Source: an uncultured archaeon (lineage in GTDB: Archaea > Iainarchaeota > Iainarchaeia > Iainarchaeales > Iainarchaeaceae). Taken from it: a DNA stretch of 64,000 nt. The notes under the pieces are model-generated. The model saw only the letters and a list, made by a program, of their open reading frames with translations. It was not told the origin of the DNA and searched no databases. Below are positions 29,575 to 39,179 of this stretch, one piece after another (within the stretch, counting starts at the first letter, position 1; every line of letters starts with the position of its first letter). Location of the stretch: positions 4,093-68,092 of the forward strand of contig CAZNZM010000006.1 in the NCBI GenBank assembly GCA_964577555.1. Reading direction: 5' to 3'. The position numbers and the translations under genes are program-made.

Positions 29575-30516
29575 ATGAAATTGGTAGTAACAATACCAGC
29601 GTATAATGAAGAAAAGACAATTGCCGCAGTAATAAGCGAAATACCAAAAAAAATCAAAGGGATTGATTCAGTAGACATAATAGTAGTTGATGATGGCTCT
29701 GAAGACAATACCAGTGCTGTTGCAATAAAGGCTGGTGCAAAAGTAATAAGGAATGCGCACAACTGTGGTCTTGCATATACTTTTTCAAAAGGATTAAGAT
29801 ATGCGCTTGAATTGGGAGCCGACATAATAGTCAATACTGATGCTGATATGCAATATAATCAAAAACAAATTCCTTGTTTGGTACAACCAATACTTGACGG
29901 AAAAGCCGACATAGTTTTGGGTTCAAGGTTCAAAGGCACAATAGAGTACATGCCGATTCAAAAATATTTGGGCAATAAAATAGTTTCAAAATTAATGAGT
30001 TTTTTGACAGGAGAAAATATAACCGATTCACAAACAGGGTTCAGGGCTTTTTCAAAAGAAGCCGCACTCAGAATAAATGTCTTTTCAAACTTTACTTACA
30101 CCCAGGAAACAATACTTGAAGCCGTAGAAAAAAAATTGGCTATTGTGGAAGTCCCGGTTGATTTTAGAAAAAGAAACGGCAAATCAAGGCTTATATCAAA
30201 CATATTCGACTATGCGTATCGTGCAGGCTCAACAATATTAACAACTTATTTGAATTATAAACCATTGAAAATATTCTTTTTTATAGGCGGATTCCTTATT
30301 TTTATAGGCTTGATTTTCGGAACAAGAATTTTAGTTCATTTCATTTCAACAGGTATGGTGGCTCCATACGTGCCAAGCGCAATTTTATCGGCTCTCTTCC
30401 TAATAATAGGATTCCAAATAATGATAATAGGCATGATTGCCGAACTGATTAAAAGAAACAGGTTGGTCCAAGAAGAATTGCTCTATGAACAAAGAAAAGA
30501 AAGACTTGACAAATAA
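29575..30516 (+). CDS. GT2 dolichyl-phosphate glycosyltransferase (AglD/AglJ/DPM1-like) with two C-terminal TM helices
   Basis: VTIPAYNEEKTI...VVDDGSEDNT...DAD. The C-terminal TM pair has the GtrB/DPM1 topology. Confidence 0.8.
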   Translation: MKLVVTIPAYNEEKTIAAVISEIPKKIKGIDSVDIIVVDDGSEDNTSAVAIKAGAKVIRNAHNCGLAYTFSKGLRYALELGADIIVNTDADMQYNQKQIPCLVQPILDGKADIVLGSRFKGTIEYMPIQKYLGNKIVSKLMSFLTGENITDSQTGFRAFSKEAALRINVFSNFTYTQETILEAVEKKLAIVEVPVDFRKRNGKSRLISNIFDYAYRAGSTILTTYLNYKPLKIFFFIGGFLIFIGLIFGTRILVHFISTGMVAPYVPSAILSALFLIIGFQIMIIGMIAELIKRNRLVQEELLYEQRKERLDK

Positions 30517-30525
30517 GTGTGCACC

Positions 30526-31482
30526 ATGAAAATACAAAATTGGCTTTTAATTATTTTAAGCATTGCCTTGCTTTTAATAATATTTTCAAATATCAACATC
30601 AAAAAAGTTTTTGCTGTTATTTCAAACATAGATTACAATTTGTATTTTTTGTATTTAGCAATTCTTTGTCTAATGATAATGGTAAAAGCCTTTAAATGGA
30701 AACTAATTTTGAATTCAATGGGCGCTGATATAAAGCTATTAGATTCATTCAGGGCAATTCTTGCAGGACTTTTTTTCAGCAACGTCACGCCAGGCAAAAT
30801 AGGCGATTTTTTCAGGGCAATGTATGTTAATGAAGGCAAGACAAATTCTCTAGGTTTGGCTTCGGTTTTTTTGGACAGGCTTTTTGATATAATTATACTG
30901 CTAATATTCGGCATCATATCAATTTTTTGGATTTCACAAACAACAGGTTTTGTGGTAATAAACCAAAACCAAATTATTTTTTTGTTGATTATAATAATTG
31001 CATTGTCAGTTTTTTTAACAAAAGAAAAATACGTCAAAATGATGCTAAAACCAGCTTTTGAAATTCTTATTCCAAAAAACATTAAAGAAAAAATATCAAA
31101 AGGATTTTCAGAATTTTATTCTTCAATAAGGGCAACCAAAAAAAAACAAGCCATTCTTGCCATTTCATTTATATTAAGCATTATAATGTGGCTTGCAAAT
31201 GCAGTATTGCTTTTTATTCTTGCATCAGCCATCAAAATTAATGCGCCATTTTATACAATTATCGCGATTTTTCCAATAATGGCGCTTTCAGACTTGGTTC
31301 CATTAAGCATTTCAGGACTTGGAACAAGAGAAGCAGTAATGATTTTCATGTTTTCAATTTTCTCTTTGCCTTTGGAAAGCGCAGTTGCACTCTCTCTACT
31401 AGTATTTTTTAATGGTTATTTTATCGTTTCCTTGGCCGGTTTCATTTCTTTTTTGTCAAAACCTGTCAAAGTTGAAATTTGA
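30526..31482 (+). CDS. UPF0104 / LPG-synthase-TM-like flippase-like membrane protein
   Basis: About 8 TM helices with the characteristic loop ...LFFSNVTPGKIGDFFRAMYV. In the same frame as the upstream GT2, separated only by a TAA stop. Confidence 0.6.
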   Translation: MKIQNWLLIILSIALLLIIFSNINIKKVFAVISNIDYNLYFLYLAILCLMIMVKAFKWKLILNSMGADIKLLDSFRAILAGLFFSNVTPGKIGDFFRAMYVNEGKTNSLGLASVFLDRLFDIIILLIFGIISIFWISQTTGFVVINQNQIIFLLIIIIALSVFLTKEKYVKMMLKPAFEILIPKNIKEKISKGFSEFYSSIRATKKKQAILAISFILSIIMWLANAVLLFILASAIKINAPFYTIIAIFPIMALSDLVPLSISGLGTREAVMIFMFSIFSLPLESAVALSLLVFFNGYFIVSLAGFISFLSKPVKVEI

Positions 31483-31502
31483 TTTTTTTTAGAGAATCTT
31501 AT

Positions 31503-32005
31503 TTATTTTTTGTTAATTGATTGTTTTTGAAGTATTGTTCTTATGCTTGAAACATAAAACAGTCTTTCCCATATTTTTGGGTTTACATTTGCAATATAGT
31601 TTAGCAATGTAAATGGAAAAACATTTGGTTCAACAATAATTTTGTTTGAAATCACTTTCAATTTTTGTGCAGGATCATGAGGCTCCGGAAAAACATTAAA
31701 AAAACTCCAAGAAAAATAATGTTTATGCGTGAGACGATAAGCTGAAGGACTTTTAAAGTGCGGAACCCATATTTCAAGCTTTCCCCAGTCTTCAAAATTC
31801 TTTCAGCTTCTTTGAAAAAATGCTCCAAAGAATCCAAATGCTCCAACCCGTCTTTAATAAAAATATAATCAACAGAATTTGGCTTAGCAAAAACCCAATC
31901 TTTATTTAAATCGGCAGTAATATCCTGAGGTCCATTAGAAAGATTGTCAATATTAACAAAACCAGGTTTATAATCAAAACCACAACATAAATGCAACTTA
32001 GTCAT
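31503..32005 (-). pseudogene. class I SAM-dependent methyltransferase interrupted by a 1-nt frameshift (pseudogene, sequencing error or programmed shift)
   Basis: Frame A reads MTKLHLCCGFDYKPGFVNIDN...FFKEAERILK, then stops after 115 aa. Frame B continues from the same point with DWGKLEIWVPHFKSPSAYRLTHKHYFSWSFF...KK, the conserved MTase C-terminus. A 1-nt indel in attttgaag (~31790) fuses the two. Confidence 0.5.
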
Positions 32006-32056
32006 GTTTTATATTTCTATCAACAATCTATTTATAATATTCACACTTAAATTTAC

Positions 32057-34108
32057 CTAATTTTCTTCAAGAACTTCAAAATATATTTTTTCAAATTCTT
32101 TTCCCACTTCGTTCCATGAAGGAATTCCATTGGTTTTTGGCAATGCACTTTTTTGATTTTTCAAACACCAAATTATTTTATTTGCAATTTCGTTTGGATC
32201 TTCTCTGTTTTTTACTCCAATACATTTATTGTATTTCACATAATCTGCCAAAACTCCTTTTTCAAACAAAACTACTGGGACTTTACAATATATTGCTTGT
32301 GGCACTATGAGCGGATCACCCTCAAAGGAGCTTAACAAAATAAACGCTTTTGATTTTTTTATTAACCTTAAAAGTTTAGCTCTTTCAGAAAAAGGAATTT
32401 GCCCCATAAAATTGATTTTGTCACTTATTCCAAGATTTTTTGCAATTGTTTTCAATTCGTTTTTTTGCGGTCCGTCGCCAATTATGATTAATTTCAACTT
32501 TGGAAGTTTTTCAGATACAACAGCAAAGCCTTTAATAAGCTGTGCAAAGCCTTTGTGTTCAACCAATCTTCCTACAGAAATTATGTAATTTTCTTTTTTG
32601 TTTGCTTTAATAGAATAAATAAATTCCTTATCAACCCCATTTCTCACCAAGGAAAACTTACTTTCTTTGTTAATCCAAAAAGTTCTTTTCAATTTTTCAA
32701 GTTCTGGTTCAGAACTTGCAACAATCTTGTCTATTTTATAACTTAAAATATTCATAAAAATGTCAAATAACCAAGTCATTATTTTTCTGTGAAGTAGCCT
32801 GCTTCCTGTTCTGTTTGCAAATAGAACAAGTTTTTGGTTTTGTTTTTTTCCAAGTATTGCTGCAAGCGTTACCAAATTATTATATCCGTTGCAATGTATA
32901 ATTTTTGCATTTGATTTCCAAACTTCAAAAAATATTTCTGGAGAAAAATAGTAAGCATTGTTAGGCGCAAAAGTTGCAACTTCTTTTATTTTTATACCTT
33001 GAACAAAATACTCTTTAGGGATTGGCGAAGTTGCCAGTATTTCAACTTTTTTTCCTTTTGATTCAAAATATTTTGCAAGCCTTAATGTGAGTTCTTCAAT
33101 TCCAGAAAAAAATAATCTTGGCGTGGCTGTTGAAACAAATAATATGTCAATTTTTTCTTTTTCTGTTTGTTTCACGTAAAATATGGTTATTAAAACCAAA
33201 AAATAGTTTATTACTGTGCTTATTATTGTTGAGCTTACCGCTATTTCTATTGGAATACCTATTAAATAACATAAGTAGGCGTATGCTCCTTCTTTAATTC
33301 CCAAACCATTTGCTGTTAGTGGAATCAATGATATTATTGTTGTTAGAGAAAATATTGTTAAAAGCCCAAGAAAATCCGTTTCAAACCCTAAACCAAAAAA
33401 AATTAACCATTGCCCAAACGTCTGGACAACTATTTTTATTAAAGTTATTAAAAAATTTATTACTACTGCCGTTTTTTCTCTTGAAGCCAAATCAAAAATA
33501 GTAAAAGCAAAACCTTTTCCAAATTCGTTGGTTTTCTTTAGTTTGGAAAATATTTCACTGATTTTTTGATAATATATAAACAATAAAAAACCAAAAAATA
33601 AAATCATCAAAACTGAAATAAAAACAAAAAACACAATAGTTTGGTTAATAATATTCTCCAAAAGAATTAGTATTTTTTCTCTTATTTGTTCATTAAAAAA
33701 AAAGATTCCAAAAAATCCTATTAATATCAAAACTACTAATGAAATCACCTTATCAAAAAATATCACTGCAACACTTTCATTCAATCCTGTTTTTTCCTTT
33801 AAAAAATACGCCAAGCTAAAATCGCCCAACCTTCCAGGCATTATAGAACCTAAAGCCCAACTCTTCAAATACGCTCTTGAAAAATCCTCTTCTGAAATTT
33901 CCAATCTTTTATCAAAAAGAACTCTGATTCCAAGCTCGCTTAAAAAAACACTCAAAACAAAAACAACAAAAACAGGAAGCAAAAACAAAAAATCAAAACC
34001 GCTTAAAGCCCTAAAAATATTTTCAACACCTACAAAATAGTATAAAAACAACAAAACTAAAACGCCTAAAATTATTCTTGCATAATCAAAAAATTTTTTG
34101 ATATTCAT
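32057..34108 (-). CDS. fusion protein: N-terminal UPF0104 flippase-like membrane domain plus C-terminal GT4 glycosyltransferase
   Basis: The N-terminal ~330 aa are polytopic with the UPF0104 pattern. The C-terminus has GT4 motifs (RLVEHKGFAQLIKGF...LIIIGDGP...SSFEGDPLIVPQAI). Confidence 0.75.
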   Translation of the reverse strand: MNIKKFFDYARIILGVLVLLFLYYFVGVENIFRALSGFDFLFLLPVFVVFVLSVFLSELGIRVLFDKRLEISEEDFSRAYLKSWALGSIMPGRLGDFSLAYFLKEKTGLNESVAVIFFDKVISLVVLILIGFFGIFFFNEQIREKILILLENIINQTIVFFVFISVLMILFFGFLLFIYYQKISEIFSKLKKTNEFGKGFAFTIFDLASREKTAVVINFLITLIKIVVQTFGQWLIFFGLGFETDFLGLLTIFSLTTIISLIPLTANGLGIKEGAYAYLCYLIGIPIEIAVSSTIISTVINYFLVLITIFYVKQTEKEKIDILFVSTATPRLFFSGIEELTLRLAKYFESKGKKVEILATSPIPKEYFVQGIKIKEVATFAPNNAYYFSPEIFFEVWKSNAKIIHCNGYNNLVTLAAILGKKQNQKLVLFANRTGSRLLHRKIMTWLFDIFMNILSYKIDKIVASSEPELEKLKRTFWINKESKFSLVRNGVDKEFIYSIKANKKENYIISVGRLVEHKGFAQLIKGFAVVSEKLPKLKLIIIGDGPQKNELKTIAKNLGISDKINFMGQIPFSERAKLLRLIKKSKAFILLSSFEGDPLIVPQAIYCKVPVVLFEKGVLADYVKYNKCIGVKNREDPNEIANKIIWCLKNQKSALPKTNGIPSWNEVGKEFEKIYFEVLEEN

Positions 34109-34121
34109 CCAAAAAACCTTT

Positions 34122-35744
34122 TTATCTTTTTACCTTGTAGATTTTTGTATCCTCGTAAGAATATATTTCTTCCAATACTGATTTTGGTAACGAGTTTCCA
34201 ATCATTTTTTCGTTTTCCCCGAAAAATACATAATCAATCTTGTTTTCAATAAGTATTTTCATTTTATTTTCTTCGCTTGTGTTGTCGCTGAATAATTTAT
34301 TCACATTTGTTTTTTTTTCAACCAAATTTGAAGTTTCGGTCCAATGCCCTAAATATGATTTGTGATGAGTCATATAAGGGATATTGTTTCCTGTTTTATA
34401 AGACGAAATAACGTTTCCTTTTTCCTGTTTTGCAAGAAATTGAATTGCTTTGTAGTCAGATTTTTTCATGTAAGGGCTTGATTGAAAATCCGGGTTTGCT
34501 ACATCTGATATTCTTTTGGCAATAATAAAAGGGGAAGAGAGACAAATAATTATGATTAGTATTGTTGTGAATGCTTTGCTTATATTGTTTTTTTTTCCTA
34601 ACCAAAAAAATAATGGAAATTTTGCCTCGCTGATTTTTTCTTTCAAATAAAATATGCCAAAAGTTGCCGCAATTGCAATTGGCAAGTGCAAACTGAACAT
34701 TAATTTTAATCCTTTGTCAGGATTTATTGCGGCTATGAATGAGCCTAAAAGCCAAGCATAAAAAAAATCTTTTGTAAAACCGTTGATTTTGCTTATTTTT
34801 CTTATTCCAAAAAAAGCCAGAGGAATTAGCAATCCATAGCCAATAAAATAGTAAAATAATGGTTCTGCTCTTTTCCAACTCATATATGCTTCAAAGCTTT
34901 TTGAATACGCATAGTCGTTTAATGCAAATAAAAGATAAACTATTATAAGCCCAGCTGGAAGAATAAAAATAATCATTGTTTTGAAGTATTTCCAAGCTTT
35001 TTGAATGTCAAGTGAATCCATTATTGGGATTATTGGAATCAAAGCAAGGCAAAGAGAAAAAACGGCTATTGAAGCAGGGTGTATAAAAAATATGGCTATA
35101 TATGATATTAATGCGGCAATGAGAAATTTTGCGTTTTTGGTTTCAAAATATTTTTTGAGCAAAATGAAAACAATAATGAAAAGAGAGTATGCAATATAAG
35201 GCAATGGAAAAGCCAAGTGACCGAAAGTGCTGTATCCTAATGAATAATTTATGTCTGTTGAGGCTATTTTTTCAAATATAGGGAAAAATTTTTCTAATAT
35301 GAAGAAAAACCAGCCTATTCCTCCGCCAATTGAACATATCAAAAAAGCTGTTATCCTTTCTTTTTCATTTGTAAAAAAATTTTTGAGAAAAACCCATAAA
35401 GCAAAAAGAAAAATTGATATCACTGCTATTCTTCCGATATTAAAAATTAATGGAATGCTTATTCCTGTAAAATTTGAAATTGTTCCTAATAGTGAAAAAT
35501 ACAAAAAAACATAAACTCCATTTTGTGGCTCGGTTGTGTACCTGTTTTCCATGAATATTTTTGGAGATTCTGCAGATTGTTTTATGTAAGAAGCATACAA
35601 GTGAAAGTCGTCCTGCCAATCAAAGCCAGTATAAATATACCCTGACGGTTCAAAAAAGTATCCTGTAAAAGCAGGCAGGGATATTAGTATAGCCAAAGAA
35701 ATGCAAATAATGATTATGGCTTTGTCAATTTCCTGGATTTTCAT
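34122..35744 (-). CDS. GT-C-fold polytopic membrane protein (AglB/STT3-like paralog without a WWDYG motif)
   Basis: 540 aa with more than 11 TM helices. The first luminal loop FDWQDDFHLYASY resembles the AglB FEFDSYYHGR motif. C-terminal ...EDTKIYKVKR mirrors the AglB C-terminus. Confidence 0.5.
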   Translation of the reverse strand: MKIQEIDKAIIIICISLAILISLPAFTGYFFEPSGYIYTGFDWQDDFHLYASYIKQSAESPKIFMENRYTTEPQNGVYVFLYFSLLGTISNFTGISIPLIFNIGRIAVISIFLFALWVFLKNFFTNEKERITAFLICSIGGGIGWFFFILEKFFPIFEKIASTDINYSLGYSTFGHLAFPLPYIAYSLFIIVFILLKKYFETKNAKFLIAALISYIAIFFIHPASIAVFSLCLALIPIIPIMDSLDIQKAWKYFKTMIIFILPAGLIIVYLLFALNDYAYSKSFEAYMSWKRAEPLFYYFIGYGLLIPLAFFGIRKISKINGFTKDFFYAWLLGSFIAAINPDKGLKLMFSLHLPIAIAATFGIFYLKEKISEAKFPLFFWLGKKNNISKAFTTILIIIICLSSPFIIAKRISDVANPDFQSSPYMKKSDYKAIQFLAKQEKGNVISSYKTGNNIPYMTHHKSYLGHWTETSNLVEKKTNVNKLFSDNTSEENKMKILIENKIDYVFFGENEKMIGNSLPKSVLEEIYSYEDTKIYKVKR

Positions 35745-36242
35745 GTTAAATAATATTTTTCAATACACATTAAAAATACACAGTTGGATTTTTTTTTGAT
35801 AAAATAAAACTTTATTTTTTTGTCTTTGGCTTGGTTTTTCAAGCCGATTTTATTTTTTTTCAATTGAAATTCAATTTTTTTTATTAGCCAAATTTTTGTT
35901 TTTTTTTGTTTTGGTTTTGCGAGCTGTTTTTTTGTCATTTTTTTTTGCGTTTTGTTTTTTTTTTGTTTTGCAAGCCATTTTTTTTAGTCATTTTTTTTTG
36001 AATTATTTTTTTTGTTTTGGTTTTGCGAGCTGTTTTTTTTGTCTTTGGTTTTTTCTTATTTTATTTTTTTAGTTTTGATTTTTTTTGTTTGTTTTTTTGC
36101 AAGTTTATTTTTTTGTCATTTTGGCTTGACTTTTTTCTTTTTTTGCCAACTTGGTTTTTTTTACACGCCTTTTTGTTGTTTTAGCTTTATTAATTTGTTT
36201 TATATTGTTTTTGTCATTGGAATTTTTGTTGTTATGAAAACT
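35745..36242. repeat. T-tract-rich modular intergenic repeat region (copy 6)
   Basis: Two gcgagctgttttttt modules, gcaagccattttttttagtcatttttttttgaattatttttttt (35960-36015) and further T8 / GC-word units, in a divergent promoter region. Confidence 0.65.
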
Positions 36243-36908
36243 TCTCTTATAGTTTTGACTCTTAATGAATTTGAAGGTTTCAAGAAAATAATGCCTAAAG
36301 TTAATAGAAAATGGGTTGATGAGATTATTGTAATAGATGGCGGTTCTACTGATGGGACTCCGGAATTGGCTAAAAAGATGGGTTATAAAGTAATAACTCA
36401 AAGAAATAGGGGTCGGGGAGAAGCATTCAGGCTTGGTTTGGAAAAATCAAAAGGAGATTTGCTTGTTTATTTTAGTCCTGATGGCAATGAAGACCCAAAA
36501 GACATACCAAAGCTTTTAGAAAAAGCCAATGAAGGCTATGACATGGTTATTGCGTCAAGGTTTGGTAATGGCTCAAAAAGTTATGATGCTACTTTTATTA
36601 GGTTAATAGGAAACAAATTTTTTACTTTGTTGATAAATATGCTTTTTGGCTTGCATCTTTCTGATGCAGTTAATGGTTTTAGGGCAATAACCAGAAAAGC
36701 CATGGAGTCTATAAAAACTGACGCTGTTTATTTTGATATTGAAATACAAATGACTATGAGGTGTGCCAGAAAAGGTTACAAGATTTCAGAAATTCCAACG
36801 ATAGAATACCCAAGAGTTTTCGGAAAAGGCAAATTGAGCACTATAAAGGACGGTTTTAGGTATTTGAAATTGATTTTAATTGAATTTTTCAAGGTTGATA
36901 AAAAATGA
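36243..36908 (+). CDS. GT2 glycosyltransferase (Dol-P-sugar synthase-like)
   Basis: The track ORF starts at 36012 inside the Phe-rich T-tract repeat. The real start is likely ATG 36243 (MKTSLIVLTLNEFE...VIDGGSTDGT...). Confidence 0.8.
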   Translation, partial: SLIVLTLNEFEGFKKIMPKVNRKWVDEIIVIDGGSTDGTPELAKKMGYKVITQRNRGRGEAFRLGLEKSKGDLLVYFSPDGNEDPKDIPKLLEKANEGYDMVIASRFGNGSKSYDATFIRLIGNKFFTLLINMLFGLHLSDAVNGFRAITRKAMESIKTDAVYFDIEIQMTMRCARKGYKISEIPTIEYPRVFGKGKLSTIKDGFRYLKLILIEFFKVDKK

Positions 36909-38197
36909 AAAAGTCTGTTTGTATAGTTGGCACTGGCTATGTTGGCTTGACATTGGGTGCAGTATTGGCTGACAATAATTTTGATGTTCATTGTGTAGAA
37001 ATAAATGAATCGGTTGTCAAGTCTCTTAATTCAGGAGAACCTCATTTTCATGAAAACGGACTTAAAGCATTAATGAGGAAAAATCTTGGCAAATCTTTGT
37101 TTTTTTCAACCAAATTTCCAGAAAAATCCTGCGACATATATGTGATTTGTGTAAGCACCCCTGTTGACAAAAACGGCAAGCCAATCTTGGATTATATTGT
37201 TTCTGCTTCGGAAGCTGTTGCAAAAAACATGGCTTATTATAGTTTAGTCGTAATGAGAAGCACAATTCCTGTTGGCACTTCAAGAAATATTGTCAAACCT
37301 ATATTGGATAAAAGCGGTAAAAATTATTTGTTGTCATTTTGTCCAGAACGTACTGTTGAAGGAAACGCTATTAAGGAATTAATGGAGCTTCCGCAAATAA
37401 TAGGCGGTTTGAATGAAGCAAGTGTCAGAGAATCTGTTAATTTTTTCAAAAAAATAGCTCCAACAACAATAGAAGTTTCTTCTCTTGAAGCGGCTGAAAT
37501 GATAAAGCTTTTGAATAATTCTTATCGTGACATGGTGTTTGCTTACGCTAATGAAGTGGCTCTGCTATGCGAAAAAATTTCAATAGACGCCAATGAAGTT
37601 ATTAAAGCCGCAAATTTAGGGTATTCCAGATCCAACATTCCAGTGCCAGGGTTTGTTGGAGGCGCATGTTTGGAAAAAGACCCTTATATACTTTCAAATG
37701 TCGCTGAATCAGTTGGCTTTAATCCAAAGCTTGTAATGGCTGCAAGATCAATAAACGAATTTTTGCCAATTCATGTAGCCAAAAGAATAAATAATATGCT
37801 GAATTCTATTGGAAAAAATAAATCTGCAAAAATATTTGTATTAGGTTTTGGATTTAAAGGGAAACCAGAAACAGACGATGTGAGAGGATCGCCAACCATA
37901 ACTTTGGTTTCAGCATTGAAAAACTTTGGTTACTCAAATATTTTCGGTTTTGATCCTGTAGTAAAACCAGAAGTTATAAAATCTCTCAAAGCTTTTCCAG
38001 TAAATGTTGAAGAAGGTTTCAATGGTGCTGATTGTATAATATTTGCCAATAATCACAATTTTTTTAATTCGCTTGACATTGAGTTTTTGATAGGCAAAAT
38101 GAATAAGCCAGCAGTATTCTTTGATTGTTGGCAAATATTTCCGCCAAAAATTATTATTCGCAGTAATATAGTTTATGGAGGCATAGGTTTTGAGTAA
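36905..38197 (+). CDS. nucleotide-sugar dehydrogenase (UDP-N-acetyl-hexosamine / UDP-glucose dehydrogenase family)
   Basis: VCIVGTGYVGLTLGAVLADNNFDVHCVEIN Rossmann motif. The catalytic region GGACLEKD is present. 430 aa. Confidence 0.8.
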   Translation: MKKSVCIVGTGYVGLTLGAVLADNNFDVHCVEINESVVKSLNSGEPHFHENGLKALMRKNLGKSLFFSTKFPEKSCDIYVICVSTPVDKNGKPILDYIVSASEAVAKNMAYYSLVVMRSTIPVGTSRNIVKPILDKSGKNYLLSFCPERTVEGNAIKELMELPQIIGGLNEASVRESVNFFKKIAPTTIEVSSLEAAEMIKLLNNSYRDMVFAYANEVALLCEKISIDANEVIKAANLGYSRSNIPVPGFVGGACLEKDPYILSNVAESVGFNPKLVMAARSINEFLPIHVAKRINNMLNSIGKNKSAKIFVLGFGFKGKPETDDVRGSPTITLVSALKNFGYSNIFGFDPVVKPEVIKSLKAFPVNVEEGFNGADCIIFANNHNFFNSLDIEFLIGKMNKPAVFFDCWQIFPPKIIIRSNIVYGGIGFE

Positions 38198-39179
38198 AAT
38201 TCTTGTTACTGGTGGAGCTGGTTTCATAGGCTCTAATCTTGCAAAAAAGCTTTTAGAATTGAAAAACGAAGTGCATATATGCGACAATTTTTCAAGGGCA
38301 AAAAAAGACGAATTTACAAGACAAATATTTGAACACCGTAATGCATCTCTCATAGAAGCCGATTTGTCAAATCCTGACAAATTTTCCAATTTTGAAAAAT
38401 ACGATTACGTTTATCATCTTGCAGCAATTAACGGCACAAAATATTTCTATGAAAAACCTGATGTTGTTTTAAAGACTAATTTATTGATGTGCATAAATGT
38501 CCTGGATTGGTTCTCAAAAACAAAAAAAGGCAAAATTCTTTTCTCTTCGTCTTCCGAAACTTATGCAGGCACAATTTCAAGTTTTGGGGGAAAAATACCG
38601 ACTCCAGAAAACATTGAGCTTTGCATAAACGACGTTTACAATCCAAGATGGTCCTATGGCGGAAGCAAGATTGCAGGAGAATTATTGTTCATAAATTATG
38701 CAAGAATCCATAAATTTCCAATGACAATCGTAAGATACCATAATATATATGGCCCAAGAATGGGCTTTGAACATGTAATACCAAACTTTGTTGAAAGGGC
38801 TTATAAAAAAGAAAATCCGTTCAAAGTTTTCGGGCTTAATAATACTAGGGCTTTTTGCTATATTTCTGATGCTGTTGAAGCAACTCGTCTTGCTATGGAA
38901 TCAAAAAACACCGACATGCAAATAATAAATATAGGGAACAGTTTTGAAGAAATATTAATTGGAGAACTTGCAAAAAAAATCACGGCTCTTGCAAAATACA
39001 ATCCGAAAATAATTGAGGTTAAATCGCCAGAGGGAAGCGTGGAAAGGCGTTGTCCAGATACTAAAAAAATGCAAAATCTTATTGGTTTTATCCCGAAAAT
39101 AAAGTTGGATGAAGGGCTAGAAAAAACTTTCAAATGGTATTACGATTATTATGATAATTGCAAAGGTGAAGTCAAGTGA
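38190..39179 (+). CDS. extended-SDR nucleotide-sugar 4,6-dehydratase-like enzyme
   Basis: ILVTGGAGFIGSNL. The SSSETYAG (S-E-Y) and YGGSK triad is typical of 4,6-dehydratases and unlike the SSATVYG of 4-epimerases. Confidence 0.65.
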   Translation: MSKILVTGGAGFIGSNLAKKLLELKNEVHICDNFSRAKKDEFTRQIFEHRNASLIEADLSNPDKFSNFEKYDYVYHLAAINGTKYFYEKPDVVLKTNLLMCINVLDWFSKTKKGKILFSSSSETYAGTISSFGGKIPTPENIELCINDVYNPRWSYGGSKIAGELLFINYARIHKFPMTIVRYHNIYGPRMGFEHVIPNFVERAYKKENPFKVFGLNNTRAFCYISDAVEATRLAMESKNTDMQIINIGNSFEEILIGELAKKITALAKYNPKIIEVKSPEGSVERRCPDTKKMQNLIGFIPKIKLDEGLEKTFKWYYDYYDNCKGEVK

